Source of the DNA: Oscillospiraceae bacterium
GTDB taxonomy: Bacteria; Bacillota; Clostridia; Oscillospirales; Ruminococcaceae
DNA length: 64,000 nt
Assembly (NCBI GenBank): GCA_045617625.1
Contig: JAZLJA010000036.1
Span: 10,252-74,251, forward strand
Reading direction: 5' to 3'
Shown here: in pieces, positions 1 through 9,215 of the stretch
How positions within the stretch are numbered: position 1 is the stretch's first letter
How the letters are laid out: each line of letters opens with the position of its first letter
Notes under the pieces: model-generated
Told to the model about the DNA's origin: nothing
Databases searched by the model: none
Seen by the model: the letters and a program-made list of their open reading frames with translations, nothing else
Translations under genes and position numbers: made by a program

Positions 1-981
1 CTGTGGGTGCTGGTCGATGGTCATGTCGATTACGGCACGGTGCTGCGCGACGGCGGCTTGCTCGATATGTTATATCTCGGCGTCAAGTTACAGCTCTATC
101 CGCCGCTGATCTTCCTCGGCATCGGCTGTATGACGGATTTTTCGCCTCTGATCGCCAACCCCAAGAGCTTCTTGCTGGGCGCGGCTGCACAGGGCGGTAT
201 CTTCTTCACCTTTGTCTGCGCAGGTATTCTGGGCTTCACGGCTGCTGAGGCTGGTGCTATCGCTATCATCGGCGGTGCTGACGGCCCGACTGCAATTTAC
301 GTATCTACAAGACTTTTGACAGGCGGCGGTGCCATCACCACGGGTAATATTGCCCTTGCTGCATATACTTATATGGCACTTGTGCCGATCATTCAGCCGC
401 CCATCATGCGCCTGCTGACCACCGAAAAGGAACGCAGTGTCAAGATGGAGCAGCTCCGTACTGTCTCGAAAACCGAAAAGCTCATCTTCCCGATTGCTGT
501 TACCATCATCGTGTCGCTGCTCGTCCCTTCTGCGGCTCCGCTGGTCGGTATGCTGATGTTCGGCAATCTGCTGAAAGAATCGGGTGTGGCTGCGCGTCTG
601 ATCGACACCGCACAGAACGCTCTGATGAACATTATCACGATCTTCCTCGGCATTTCTGTCGGCGCGACCACACAGGCTGACCAGATCATCAACCTGAAGT
701 TCGGCGGCGTCATGCTGTTGGGCGTTATCGCATTCTCGCTCGGCACGGCTTGCGGACTTCTCTTCGGTAAGATCATGTATGTCGTGACCAAGGGCAAGGT
801 CAACCCGCTGATCGGTTCGGCAGGCGTTTCCGCAGTGCCGATGGCTGCCCGTATCTCCCAGAAGGTGGGCGCAGAGACCGATCCCACAAACTTCCTGCTG
901 ATGCACGCGATGGGTCCCAATGTCGCGGGCGTTATCGGTTCGGCAGTTGCAGCAGGTGTGCTGCTTTCTGTCATCGGCTGA
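1..981 (+). CDS. Na+-translocating decarboxylase beta subunit (OadB/GcdB/MmdB family), 5' end cut by window edge
   Basis: Frame 1 is open from base 1. The product is a polytopic membrane protein with family-typical stretches ([48 protein letters not shown]). Stop at 979-981. Confidence 0.85.
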   Translation: MWVLVDGHVDYGTVLRDGGLLDMLYLGVKLQLYPPLIFLGIGCMTDFSPLIANPKSFLLGAAAQGGIFFTFVCAGILGFTAAEAGAIAIIGGADGPTAIYVSTRLLTGGGAITTGNIALAAYTYMALVPIIQPPIMRLLTTEKERSVKMEQLRTVSKTEKLIFPIAVTIIVSLLVPSAAPLVGMLMFGNLLKESGVAARLIDTAQNALMNIITIFLGISVGATTQADQIINLKFGGVMLLGVIAFSLGTACGLLFGKIMYVVTKGKVNPLIGSAGVSAVPMAARISQKVGAETDPTNFLLMHAMGPNVAGVIGSAVAAGVLLSVIG

Positions 982-1017
982 TGTGAAATTTTCAGAAGCC
1001 GCAAAGTGACATTCCAA

Positions 1018-1057
1018 AAGGCGGCAGCTGTTTGAAAACGGTTTGCCGCCTTTGTTT
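1018..1057 (+). terminator. intrinsic terminator after the decarboxylase gene
   Basis: Stem AAGGCGGCA (1018-1026) pairs with TGCCGCCTT (1044-1052), followed by TTTGTTT. Confidence 0.7.
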
Positions 1058-1084
1058 GCGATTGATGAAACGGAGGATTTATTT

Positions 1085-3700
1085 ATGTTCGAGTATCCGA
1101 TGATCGACAGCGTGGATACGCTGAAAAAAGTGCTGGCACAGGTTCGTGCCGCACAGCAGGCTTACGCCGAGTTCCCGCAGGAAAAGGTGGATGCGATCTT
1201 CCGCGCTGCGGCAGTCGCAGCAAATCAGGCACGTATTTCGCTTGCAAAAATGGCTGTGGAAGAAACCGGTATGGGCGTGGTTGAAGATAAGGTCATCAAA
1301 AACCATTTCGCCTCGGAGTATATCTATAATGCCTATAAAAACACGAAAACCTGCGGTGTCATCTCCCGCGATGAGACATTCGGCACCATGCAGGTGGCTG
1401 AGCCTCTGGGCGTGATCGCTGCCGTCATTCCGACAACGAACCCCACCTCTACAGCGATCTTCAAGACGCTCATCACCCTCAAGACACGCAACGGTATCGT
1501 GATCTCGCCGCATCCCCGTGCCAAGCAGTCCACGATCGAGGCTGCAAGAATCGTGGCACAGGCTGCATATGCGGCAGGTGCGCCTGAGGGGCTCATCGCC
1601 TGGATCGACGCGCCTTCGCTGGATCTGACCAACACCATCATGAAGGAAGCGGATATCATCCTTGCAACGGGCGGTCCTGGCATGGTCAAAGCAGCGTATT
1701 CCAGCGGAAAACCTGCATTGGGCGTCGGTGCCGGCAACACCCCTGCGATCATCGACGACTCCGCTGATGTCACACTGGCAGTCAACTCGATCATTCACTC
1801 GAAAACATTCGATAACGGTATGATCTGCGCTTCGGAGCAGTCCACCATCGTGGCCGATAAGGTTTATAAGGCGGTCAAAGCCGAATTTGAAGCACGCGGA
1901 TGCTATTTCCTGCAGGGCAAAGAACTCGACAAGGTGCGCAAGACCATTATCATCAACGGTTCGGTCAACGCAAAGATCGTCGGGCAGTCGGCATTCCGTA
2001 TCGCAGAACTGAGCGGCGTCAAAGTTCCGCAGAATACCAAGATCCTCATCGGTGAGGTGGAAAGTGTGGACATCACCGAGGAATTTGCACACGAAAAGCT
2101 TTCTCCCGTGCTGGCGATGTATCATGCCAAGAACTTCGATGAAGCTGTCGAAAAGGCTGAACGTCTGATCGCAGACGGCGGCTACGGACATACTTCTTCG
2201 GTCTATCTCAATGCGGTGACGGAGCGCGGCAAAATTGATCTGATGGCAGAACGCATGAAAACCTGCCGTATTCTCGTCAATACACCTTCCTCACAGGGCG
2301 GTATCGGTGATCTCTATAACTTCAAGCTGATGCCTTCGCTCACACTGGGCTGCGGCTCGTGGGGCGGCAATTCCGTTTCGGAAAACGTGGGCATCAAGCA
2401 TTTGCTGAACATCAAGACTGTCGCTGAGAGGAGAGAAAATATGCTCTGGTTCCGCACGCCGCAAAAGGTGTTTATGAAGAAAGGCTGCCTGCCCGTCGCG
2501 CTCGATGAGCTCGGCACACTGATGGGTAAAAAACGTGCATTCATCGTCACGGACAGCTTCCTGTTCAAAAACGGCTATACCAAATGTATCACCGACAAGC
2601 TCGATGCAATGGGCATCACCCACACCACGTTCTTCGATGTCGCCCCTGACCCCTCCCTTGCCTCTGCAAAGGCGGGTGCCAAGCAGATGGCTGCCTTCGA
2701 GCCCGACTGCATCATCGCAGTGGGCGGCGGCTCGGCAATGGATGCCGGCAAGATCATGTGGGTGCTGTATGAGCATCCCGAGGCGGACTTCATGGATATG
2801 GCAATGCGTTTCTGCGATATCCGCAAGCGTATCTATCCGTTCCCGAAAATGGGCGAAAAAGCGTATTTTGTTGCAGTGCCGACTTCGGCAGGCACGGGCT
2901 CTGAGGTCACGCCGTTTGCTGTGATCACCGATGAACAAAGCGGCATCAAGTATCCGCTTGCCGACTATGAGCTGCTGCCCAACATGGCGATCGTTGATGC
3001 CGATTTGATGATGAACGCACCCAAGGGTCTGACATCTGCATCCGGCATTGACGTTGCGACCCATGCGCTCGAAGCTTATGTATCTGTCATGGCAACGGAT
3101 TTCACCGACGGTATGGCGACACGTTCGCTGCAAATGGTGTTCGATTATCTCCCGCGCTGCTATGATGACGGTGCGCACGATCCCGTTGCGCGTGAGAAAA
3201 TGGCACACGCTGCTACGATGGCAGGCATGGCGTTTGCAAATGCGTTCCTTGGCGTCTGCCACTCGATGGCACATAAGCTGGGTGCATTTCATCACATTCC
3301 GCATGGTGTGGCAAATGCGCTCATGCTTGAACAGGTCATGCGATTCAACGCTGTGGATGTCCCGACGAAAATGGGTTCGTTCCCGCAATATACGCATCCG
3401 CACACGCTCGAACGCTATGCGGAGATCGCAAAGGCAGTGGGCTGCAAGGGTAAAACCGATGCCGACAAGCTCGAAGCACTGATCGCAAAGCTCAACGAAT
3501 TGAAAGCCCATATCGGCATTCCCGCAAGCATCAAAGAGTTCGGCATCGACGAGCAGGATTTCCTCAACCGTCTGGATGCCATGACCGAGCAGGCATTCGA
3601 TGACCAGTGCACGGGTGCCAATCCGCGTTATCCGCTGATGTCGGAAATCAAGCAAATGTATCTGAACGCCTACTACGGCGACAACGGTAAAACCGTATAA
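1085..3700 (+). CDS. adhE: bifunctional acetaldehyde-CoA/alcohol dehydrogenase
   Basis: About 870 aa with an N-terminal aldehyde dehydrogenase domain and a C-terminal iron-type alcohol dehydrogenase (GGGSAMDAGK, His-rich metal site). ATG at 1085 sits 7 nt after GGAGGA (1073-1078). The track ORF start at 1043 lacks an RBS. Confidence 0.95.
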   Translation: MFEYPMIDSVDTLKKVLAQVRAAQQAYAEFPQEKVDAIFRAAAVAANQARISLAKMAVEETGMGVVEDKVIKNHFASEYIYNAYKNTKTCGVISRDETFGTMQVAEPLGVIAAVIPTTNPTSTAIFKTLITLKTRNGIVISPHPRAKQSTIEAARIVAQAAYAAGAPEGLIAWIDAPSLDLTNTIMKEADIILATGGPGMVKAAYSSGKPALGVGAGNTPAIIDDSADVTLAVNSIIHSKTFDNGMICASEQSTIVADKVYKAVKAEFEARGCYFLQGKELDKVRKTIIINGSVNAKIVGQSAFRIAELSGVKVPQNTKILIGEVESVDITEEFAHEKLSPVLAMYHAKNFDEAVEKAERLIADGGYGHTSSVYLNAVTERGKIDLMAERMKTCRILVNTPSSQGGIGDLYNFKLMPSLTLGCGSWGGNSVSENVGIKHLLNIKTVAERRENMLWFRTPQKVFMKKGCLPVALDELGTLMGKKRAFIVTDSFLFKNGYTKCITDKLDAMGITHTTFFDVAPDPSLASAKAGAKQMAAFEPDCIIAVGGGSAMDAGKIMWVLYEHPEADFMDMAMRFCDIRKRIYPFPKMGEKAYFVAVPTSAGTGSEVTPFAVITDEQSGIKYPLADYELLPNMAIVDADLMMNAPKGLTSASGIDVATHALEAYVSVMATDFTDGMATRSLQMVFDYLPRCYDDGAHDPVAREKMAHAATMAGMAFANAFLGVCHSMAHKLGAFHHIPHGVANALMLEQVMRFNAVDVPTKMGSFPQYTHPHTLERYAEIAKAVGCKGKTDADKLEALIAKLNELKAHIGIPASIKEFGIDEQDFLNRLDAMTEQAFDDQCTGANPRYPLMSEIKQMYLNAYYGDNGKTV

Positions 3701-3714
3701 AAGGGGGAGTTTTC

Positions 3715-4470
3715 ATGTCACTCAAGGATCTGGAGATCATTGCGGAGCGTCCGCACAAGGTCGTTTATCGCGACGGCGACACCGTTTTGAAGGTGTTCGA
3801 CAGCGATTATTCCAAGGCAAATGTACTGAACGAAGCACTGAATCAGGCGCGAGTGGAAGAAACGGGACTGTGCATCCCGACACTGCATGAGGTGCTGAAA
3901 ATCGACGGAAAATGGGCGATCCGCACCGATTATATTGAGGGCGAGACATTGCGTCAGAAACTGGATGCACATCCCGAACAGCAGGAGGAGATCCTGAAGC
4001 TGTTTGTCAGCATTCAGATGGATATTCACACCAAGCGTGCGCCGCTGCTGACAATGCTGAAAGACAAGATGAACCGAAAGATCAGCGACAGCGGTTTTGA
4101 TGCCACTACGCGATATGAACTGCATATGCGTGTGGAGGGCATGAAAAAGCATAAGAAGGTGTTGCACGGCGATCTGACGCTTTCGGATGTAATCATTCGT
4201 GCGGACGGGACACCGTTCATCATTGACTGGGCACACGCGACACAGGGCAATGCATCGGCGGATGTGGCACGGACGTATCTTTCGATGTGCCTGCACGAGA
4301 GCGAAGAACTGGCGAATGCGTATCTGCACACGTACTGCAAGATCAGTGACACTGCGCTGCAATATGTGCAGTCGTGGATGCCGATTGTTGCTGCGTCGCA
4401 GTCGGTGAAAGGCAATCCGACGGAGCAGGAATTTCTTGCGCGTTGGGTGAATGTTGTGGATTACTCGTGA
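3715..4470 (+). CDS. small protein-kinase-like fold protein (Bud32/RIO/APH-like atypical kinase)
   Basis: 251 aa with catalytic-loop-like LHGDLTLSDVII and a downstream IIDWAHA (DFG-equivalent). The N-lobe pattern VLKVF...EALNQARVEE is present. RBS GGGGGAG lies 14 nt after the adhE stop. Confidence 0.65.
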   Translation: MSLKDLEIIAERPHKVVYRDGDTVLKVFDSDYSKANVLNEALNQARVEETGLCIPTLHEVLKIDGKWAIRTDYIEGETLRQKLDAHPEQQEEILKLFVSIQMDIHTKRAPLLTMLKDKMNRKISDSGFDATTRYELHMRVEGMKKHKKVLHGDLTLSDVIIRADGTPFIIDWAHATQGNASADVARTYLSMCLHESEELANAYLHTYCKISDTALQYVQSWMPIVAASQSVKGNPTEQEFLARWVNVVDYS

Positions 4471-4574
4471 GCGGGAGGATTGGGGGAAGAACCCCTTTTC
4501 CATATTGTCTTTCCTTCTAAGCGCACGCCTTATTATATAAATAGTATCGGTCAAGCTTTTTTTGAACAAAAAAT

Positions 4575-4613
4575 CAGGAGGGTAAGGAACATGAAATGTT
4601 CCTTACCCTCCTG
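4575..4613. terminator. strong bidirectional hairpin terminator between the kinase-like gene and the GH9 gene
   Basis: An 18-bp perfect stem CAGGAGGGTAAGGAACAT / ATGTTCCTTACCCTCCTG with a 3-nt loop. There is an A-run upstream and a T-rich stretch downstream. Confidence 0.85.
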
Positions 4614-4653
4614 TTGATTTAGAACGAAAATAGAATTCGCTGCTTGGAAATCA

Positions 4654-7056
4654 TCAGCCTATTTTGTCGATCAGCTTTGCAATGAATTTCAGCACCGTTG
4701 TCGCATCCGCCGATGTGACATCGCCGTCGCAATCGCAGTCAGCGTTGAGACGTCCCTGCTGTGATACGCTCACCGTGGTGTCCTCTCGGGACATTCGGCA
4801 AATCAGAATCGCATCACTCACCGTGATGATACCATTGCAGTCCACGTCACCAAGCATTCCCTTCGGGGTATCGCCGCCGGCGTTGATCGATGTTGTGGTG
4901 GAAGTCGTTGTAGTGGATGTCGTTGTAGTGGATGTCGTTGTTGTGGTGGTCGTGGATTTCGAGGTGCTGGTAGTGGATTCGGTCGTTTGCGTGTTCGTTG
5001 TCGTTGTGGGCTCTGTGGTTTTCGGCGGCTGATCACCGTTTCCGGCATCGCCAAGACCGTCAGCCTCAGTGCCGTCAGGCTCTTTGCCGTAGTAAAGCTT
5101 GCCGTTGACGTAAACAGGCACATAGGGGGTCATGACAGCATCCTTGCCGCTCAGAATGTCCTTGTTGGAGAAGTCGTTGGTGGCATCCCAGCCGCTGCCG
5201 TAATCGGGGAATACGAGCGCAAGCAGGATCTCACACTGATGCATACCCTCGGAAACAGGAATTGCTGCTCTGCCGTCGGGGAATGTGACTTCGACGTAGT
5301 AGATATCGCCGCTATACTGTGTGGGACCGGAGACAACTGCGGGCTTCACGCCGCTGGACGCGTACATTTCGGACTGGTTGCGGTCGCAGCGGATGGTAAC
5401 GCTGGCAGGGTCTTTGCCTGCTGCCTTGACTTCGCTCAGATCCATATAATAACGGAACGAAACATTGTCCACCACTCTTGCGGGCCATGCGGTGTGGTTG
5501 GTCAGCTTCAGGCTGACGGTGATGCCGCTGTCAGAACTGGTCTTGCCCTCTGCCACGACATAAAGTTCAGGACCGTCGTGCGCTTCCTTCGGCGGGAAGT
5601 TCGGGTCGGATTTGCCGCCGTATTCGCTGACCATGCGGCAGAGCATCGCGGTGAAGCCTGCGTTATAGTCGGTTGCAACTTCGTTGTTGATGTAGTTTCC
5701 GCGGTCATCCTCATAGGTGCCGTCCTGGTTGGGGCCGCCGACCAATGCACCGTAAAGGGTGTGGCGGCTGGTCTCGGGATATGCCTCAGCATTTTTCCAC
5801 GAAGCATGTGCGGTACGGTGATGCGGATTTTTCGGGGAATTCTGACCGTAGCCGCAGACATAGCTGCTCTTGCGGGGGTTGTCGCCGAGGGTGTAGTTGA
5901 TCTGGGTCTCAGCAAAGTCGATGAGTTCGGAATTGTTCTCGCCCTTGAAGATGGTATCGCTTGCCACAACTGCAAGGAATGCAGCAGTGTTTGCATAGCG
6001 CAGGCAGCCCCAGTTGGTCAGCCAGCGCAAGCCGCCCTCGATGGTCTTGGGCTCGCTGTTGCCTGCCAGCCAGACGCCGAGGTGCTTCTTCACATGTGCG
6101 ATATAGGTCGCGTCGCCGGTGTTGATGGCATAAAGCAGCATAGCACCCTGCATATTGTCATCCCAGCAGTGTGTCCAGCCGTAGGCGAGGGTATCGCCTT
6201 CGCCGAGCTGCTTGGTCAGGTTGGGGATGTAGCTCTTGGCTTCCGTGAGATAGCTTTCATCCTTTGTGGCGATGTAAAGCCAGTTTGCAGCGTAGAACAG
6301 CTGATCGTAGAAATGCGAGGAGCGATAGAAGCCCGACGCGTCGGAATTGTTGTAAGTTTCGTCACCGGGTGAGGTCTTTGCGGCCTTATAAATGCTCTCA
6401 GCGTGCTTGAGATAGTTTGCAAGCTTGGAGGCATCCACTCTGCCCTGCAATGCAGCATAGCCCGATGCAAGAGCCGCTGCCATTTCACCGAACACTGCCG
6501 AACAGCCCGAGGAAGCTTCCAGTGTGATACGGGCTTTTTCGATTTTTGTGCCGCTGTCCGCCATTGCGTATTCGTAGAGTTCTACAGGGCCCCACCAGGT
6601 ATGGTCAACGGTGCCGCTGCCGATCTGATAGACGATCTTGGAACCCTTGTCGCAGGCAGCAAGGTAATCGAGGACATATTCGAGGTTGTTGACGTAGTTT
6701 TTCATTTCGCCGCAGGCTTCCACACCATCGGGATACTGATAAAGGCCCCAGGCAAGCATGGATGCGGAATACGCCATCGGCAGATTGAACTTGACATGGT
6801 CGCCTGCGTCGTACCAGCCGCCGTTGATCTCATCGCAGGTGATGGAGTCGCCGCGCCATTCGACACGGTTCCAGTCGGGCAGTTCGCCTGCCTGCTGGAC
6901 TTCATAGAAATACAGTGATTTTTGCAGCGCTTCCGCATAATTCTGTGTGGCAGCGGAAGCGGACGGAGCATTGGTGTTCAGGGCAAGCACATCCGCAGAT
7001 GCGGCAAGCAGACAGCTTGCAAGCAGCACCGCTCCGACGCGGTGTTTCTGAAACAT
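4654..7056 (-). CDS. cellulosomal GH9 endoglucanase (GH9 - CBM3c-like - Thr linker - dockerin)
   Basis: Signal peptide MFQKHRVGAVLLASCLLAASADVLA. GH9 motifs DAGDHVKFNLPMAYS, NPHHRTAHAS and NNEVATDYNAGF. A CBM3c-like module follows the catalytic domain. A Thr-rich linker precedes a C-terminal dockerin duplicate (GDVDCNGIITVSDAILI ... DCDCDGDVTSADATTVLK). RBS GGGAGG. Confidence 0.92.
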   Translation of the reverse strand: MFQKHRVGAVLLASCLLAASADVLALNTNAPSASAATQNYAEALQKSLYFYEVQQAGELPDWNRVEWRGDSITCDEINGGWYDAGDHVKFNLPMAYSASMLAWGLYQYPDGVEACGEMKNYVNNLEYVLDYLAACDKGSKIVYQIGSGTVDHTWWGPVELYEYAMADSGTKIEKARITLEASSGCSAVFGEMAAALASGYAALQGRVDASKLANYLKHAESIYKAAKTSPGDETYNNSDASGFYRSSHFYDQLFYAANWLYIATKDESYLTEAKSYIPNLTKQLGEGDTLAYGWTHCWDDNMQGAMLLYAINTGDATYIAHVKKHLGVWLAGNSEPKTIEGGLRWLTNWGCLRYANTAAFLAVVASDTIFKGENNSELIDFAETQINYTLGDNPRKSSYVCGYGQNSPKNPHHRTAHASWKNAEAYPETSRHTLYGALVGGPNQDGTYEDDRGNYINNEVATDYNAGFTAMLCRMVSEYGGKSDPNFPPKEAHDGPELYVVAEGKTSSDSGITVSLKLTNHTAWPARVVDNVSFRYYMDLSEVKAAGKDPASVTIRCDRNQSEMYASSGVKPAVVSGPTQYSGDIYYVEVTFPDGRAAIPVSEGMHQCEILLALVFPDYGSGWDATNDFSNKDILSGKDAVMTPYVPVYVNGKLYYGKEPDGTEADGLGDAGNGDQPPKTTEPTTTTNTQTTESTTSTSKSTTTTTTTSTTTTSTTTTSTTTSINAGGDTPKGMLGDVDCNGIITVSDAILICRMSREDTTVSVSQQGRLNADCDCDGDVTSADATTVLKFIAKLIDKIG

Positions 7057-7117
7057 GATAAAAACCTCCCTTTTTCATGCACGGCTGCGGTACAAAATTG
7101 AATCCGTGCTTACTTTC

Positions 7118-7146
7118 ATTATGCCATAGAATCAGGAAATTGTCAA
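7118..7146 (-). promoter_or_regulatory. sigma-A-type promoter for the GH9 gene
   Basis: Minus strand reads TTGACA (7141-7146), a 17-nt spacer, then CATAAT (7118-7123). Confidence 0.6.
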
Positions 7147-7277
7147 GGTATTTTTCGGCGTAAATGTGGGACAAATCAGTTGTGCAGACCGAACAGCGGA
7201 ATGCTTATACAATGTGTAATATCTTATTCTGTATGTACTATATGTTATGACTTATACCCCCCATTCAAAATACCTAT

Positions 7278-7306
7278 TTGCTTTTTTCGGAAATCTATGC
7301 TATACT
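7278..7306 (+). promoter_or_regulatory. sigma-A-type promoter about 250 nt upstream of the CE4 gene
   Basis: TTGCTT (7278-7283), a 17-nt spacer ending in TGC, then TATACT (7301-7306). Confidence 0.55.
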
Positions 7307-7430
7307 CAAATCAGAAAAGGAAAACAGCACAAAAAATCAGATCGAAATGTATCAAACCTCGTGAAAGAGTGTTTTGTGATAGCCCCCGCATGAGGGCACA
7401 GAATATCATGCCTGAACTTGTTCCCCCTAA

Positions 7431-7482
7431 AGTGGATGCGTCGGGTTTGATCACCCGAGCCCGATGCTCCACTCCTTTTTTT
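7431..7482 (+). terminator. terminator/attenuator hairpin inside the CE4 leader
   Basis: Outer stem AGTGGA/TCCACT and inner stem TCGGGT/ACCCGA with loop TTGATC, followed by CC and T7 (7476-7482). A second small hairpin GTGCG-GAGC-CGCAC plus T5 lies at 7496-7515. Confidence 0.5.
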
Positions 7483-7554
7483 AGTATATTAAAATGTGCG
7501 GAGCCGCACGTTTTTCTTTATTCACAATTTCATAGTAAAGGAGCATGAAACGTT

Positions 7555-9030
7555 ATGAATACTTTTCAGAAGCATCTTTCTGTCACGCTTTGTGCAAGCC
7601 TGATTGCATCAAGTATCGTGACAAGCAGTGTCTTTGCTGCACAGAAACTCCTCGATGCAGGCTTTGAAAGCGGTCTCGACAATTTCGGTCCCCGCGCAAG
7701 CGAGAGCGTGCAGCGCGTCAGCACCGATGCTTACGAGGGCCAGTATTGCCTGCAGGTTTCCAGCCGTACTGAGGCTTGGAACGGTGCAGTCGCAGAATTG
7801 ATCTCGGGCTTTTCCGCAGGTGAGACTTATGGTTTCTCCTGTGCAGTAAAGCAGACATCCGGTGCGGCAGTCGATATGCAGCTTTCCCTGCAGTACAACG
7901 ACTCCATGGGCACCACGAACTATGACCACATCGCAGCAGGTACCATTACAAGCGGCGAGTGGACAGTTCTCGAAAACAATTCGTACACCATCCCCGCAGG
8001 TGCAACAGGTTTGTATCTCTATGTGGAGACCGCAACCGATCTTTGCGATTTCTATGTTGACTCCATTGCTGCATCTGTGCCCACCAAGGTTTTGCCCGGC
8101 GACGTCAATCACGACGAAAAGGTGGATAAGCAGGATATGCAGAATTTGCAGAAGTTTTTGTTGTGTCAGGATGCTGAGGTTTACCTCGATTCCGCAGACC
8201 TTAACAACGACGGTCAGCTCACCGCAGCTGATTTCACTTTGCTGAAGCGCCGTCTCATTTATCCTGAGAAGTACACGACGACCACCACCACAACGACCAC
8301 GACAACCACAACAACCACGACAACCGAAAAGAAAGTCGGCGGCGGCGGTTACATGAACGGCAATGCTTGGGTTCCCGCAGGTGATGCTTCGTGGGTTGAT
8401 CCTTCCAAGCCGATGGTAGCAATCTCCTTCGATGACGGTCCTATCGGTCTCGGCAATACGACTGCATCGAGAATCCATGACGCTCTGACGAAGAACGGCT
8501 TCCATGCTACATTCTTCTACTGGGGCAACAAGATCAACGGCGGCAACCAGAACGAGATCGTTCAGGCTTATGAGCGCGGATTTGAGGTTGCAAACCACAC
8601 TTGGACACATACCAACCTGACACAGTGCAGTCCAGATCAGATCAGAAACGAATACAATCAGTGCGCTGAAGTGCTTCGCAAGCTGACCGGTCAGCAGGAC
8701 TTCCTCGTCCGTCTGCCTTATCTGGGTCAGAACCAGACCGTTACCTCCACCATCCCGACTCCGATGCCCAACTGCGGTATTGATTCCAAGGACTGGGACG
8801 GTGCTTCCACCGGTCAGATCGTTGGCACGCTGCAGAGTGCAATGCAGAATGGTTCTCTGAACGGTAAAGTTGTTCTTTGCCATGAAAACTATGATTCAAC
8901 TGCATCGGCAATGGAACAGTTCCTGCCGACACTCAAAGCACAGGGCTGGCAGTGTGTCACAGTTTCCGAAATGTTCGCTGCAAGCGGCAAGACCATGTAT
9001 AAAGGTCAGGTTTATGATTATCTGCGCTGA
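7555..9030 (+). CDS. cellulosomal carbohydrate esterase family 4 (CBM4_9/22-like - dockerin - Thr linker - CE4 deacetylase)
   Basis: Signal peptide present. N-terminal CBM-like module. An internal dockerin (GDVNHDEKVDKQDMQNLQ ... DLNNDGQLTAADFTLLKRRL) and a T-run linker follow. NodB motifs ISFDDGP, NHTWTH, RLPYL and LCHEN are present. RBS AAAGGAG. Confidence 0.9.
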   Translation: MNTFQKHLSVTLCASLIASSIVTSSVFAAQKLLDAGFESGLDNFGPRASESVQRVSTDAYEGQYCLQVSSRTEAWNGAVAELISGFSAGETYGFSCAVKQTSGAAVDMQLSLQYNDSMGTTNYDHIAAGTITSGEWTVLENNSYTIPAGATGLYLYVETATDLCDFYVDSIAASVPTKVLPGDVNHDEKVDKQDMQNLQKFLLCQDAEVYLDSADLNNDGQLTAADFTLLKRRLIYPEKYTTTTTTTTTTTTTTTTTEKKVGGGGYMNGNAWVPAGDASWVDPSKPMVAISFDDGPIGLGNTTASRIHDALTKNGFHATFFYWGNKINGGNQNEIVQAYERGFEVANHTWTHTNLTQCSPDQIRNEYNQCAEVLRKLTGQQDFLVRLPYLGQNQTVTSTIPTPMPNCGIDSKDWDGASTGQIVGTLQSAMQNGSLNGKVVLCHENYDSTASAMEQFLPTLKAQGWQCVTVSEMFAASGKTMYKGQVYDYLR

Positions 9031-9103
9031 TTCCATGCGCTGATATAAAAATCCATCATCTATCCTTTTACCTCAAACCCTTTCCCATTTTCCAATCAGA
9101 AAA

Positions 9104-9142
9104 CCCTACGGCGGCGTGCAGGCTGCCGTAGGGCATTTTTTT
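9104..9142 (+). terminator. intrinsic terminator of the CE4 gene
   Basis: CCCTACGGC / GCCGTAGGG stem followed by T7. Confidence 0.8.
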
Positions 9143-9157
9143 GCAAGTAATAATAAA

Positions 9158-9210
9158 TAGGAAAAGCCTGCGGCGATGATCGGTATATCCCGGTTTCATC
9201 GCCGCAGGCT
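9158..9210 (-). terminator. intrinsic terminator of the sigma-like/PepSY gene
   Basis: A 15-bp stem AGCCTGCGGCGATGA / TCATCGCCGCAGGCT, with a U-rich tail on the minus strand. Confidence 0.75.
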
Positions 9211-9215
9211 TTATA

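Noticed and set aside
983-997. Rex-like box TGTGAAATTTTCAGA near adhE
   Set aside because: The half-site spacing is one base short of the TTGTGAA-N4-TTCACAA consensus as I recall it, and the second half has a mismatch. The site also lies upstream of the terminator hairpin at the end of the preceding gene, not in an adhE promoter.
7256-7262. ACCCCCC element resembling the -35 of sigma-I-type cellulosomal promoters
   Set aside because: No CGAA/CGTA-type -10 element lies at the expected distance on either strand. Standard sigma-A promoters explain both flanking genes.
7180-7548. 122-aa ORF in the AT-rich GH9/CE4 intergenic region
   Set aside because: It has no RBS and an atypical composition, and it spans predicted promoters and terminator hairpins. 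The region is better explained as regulatory or leader sequence.
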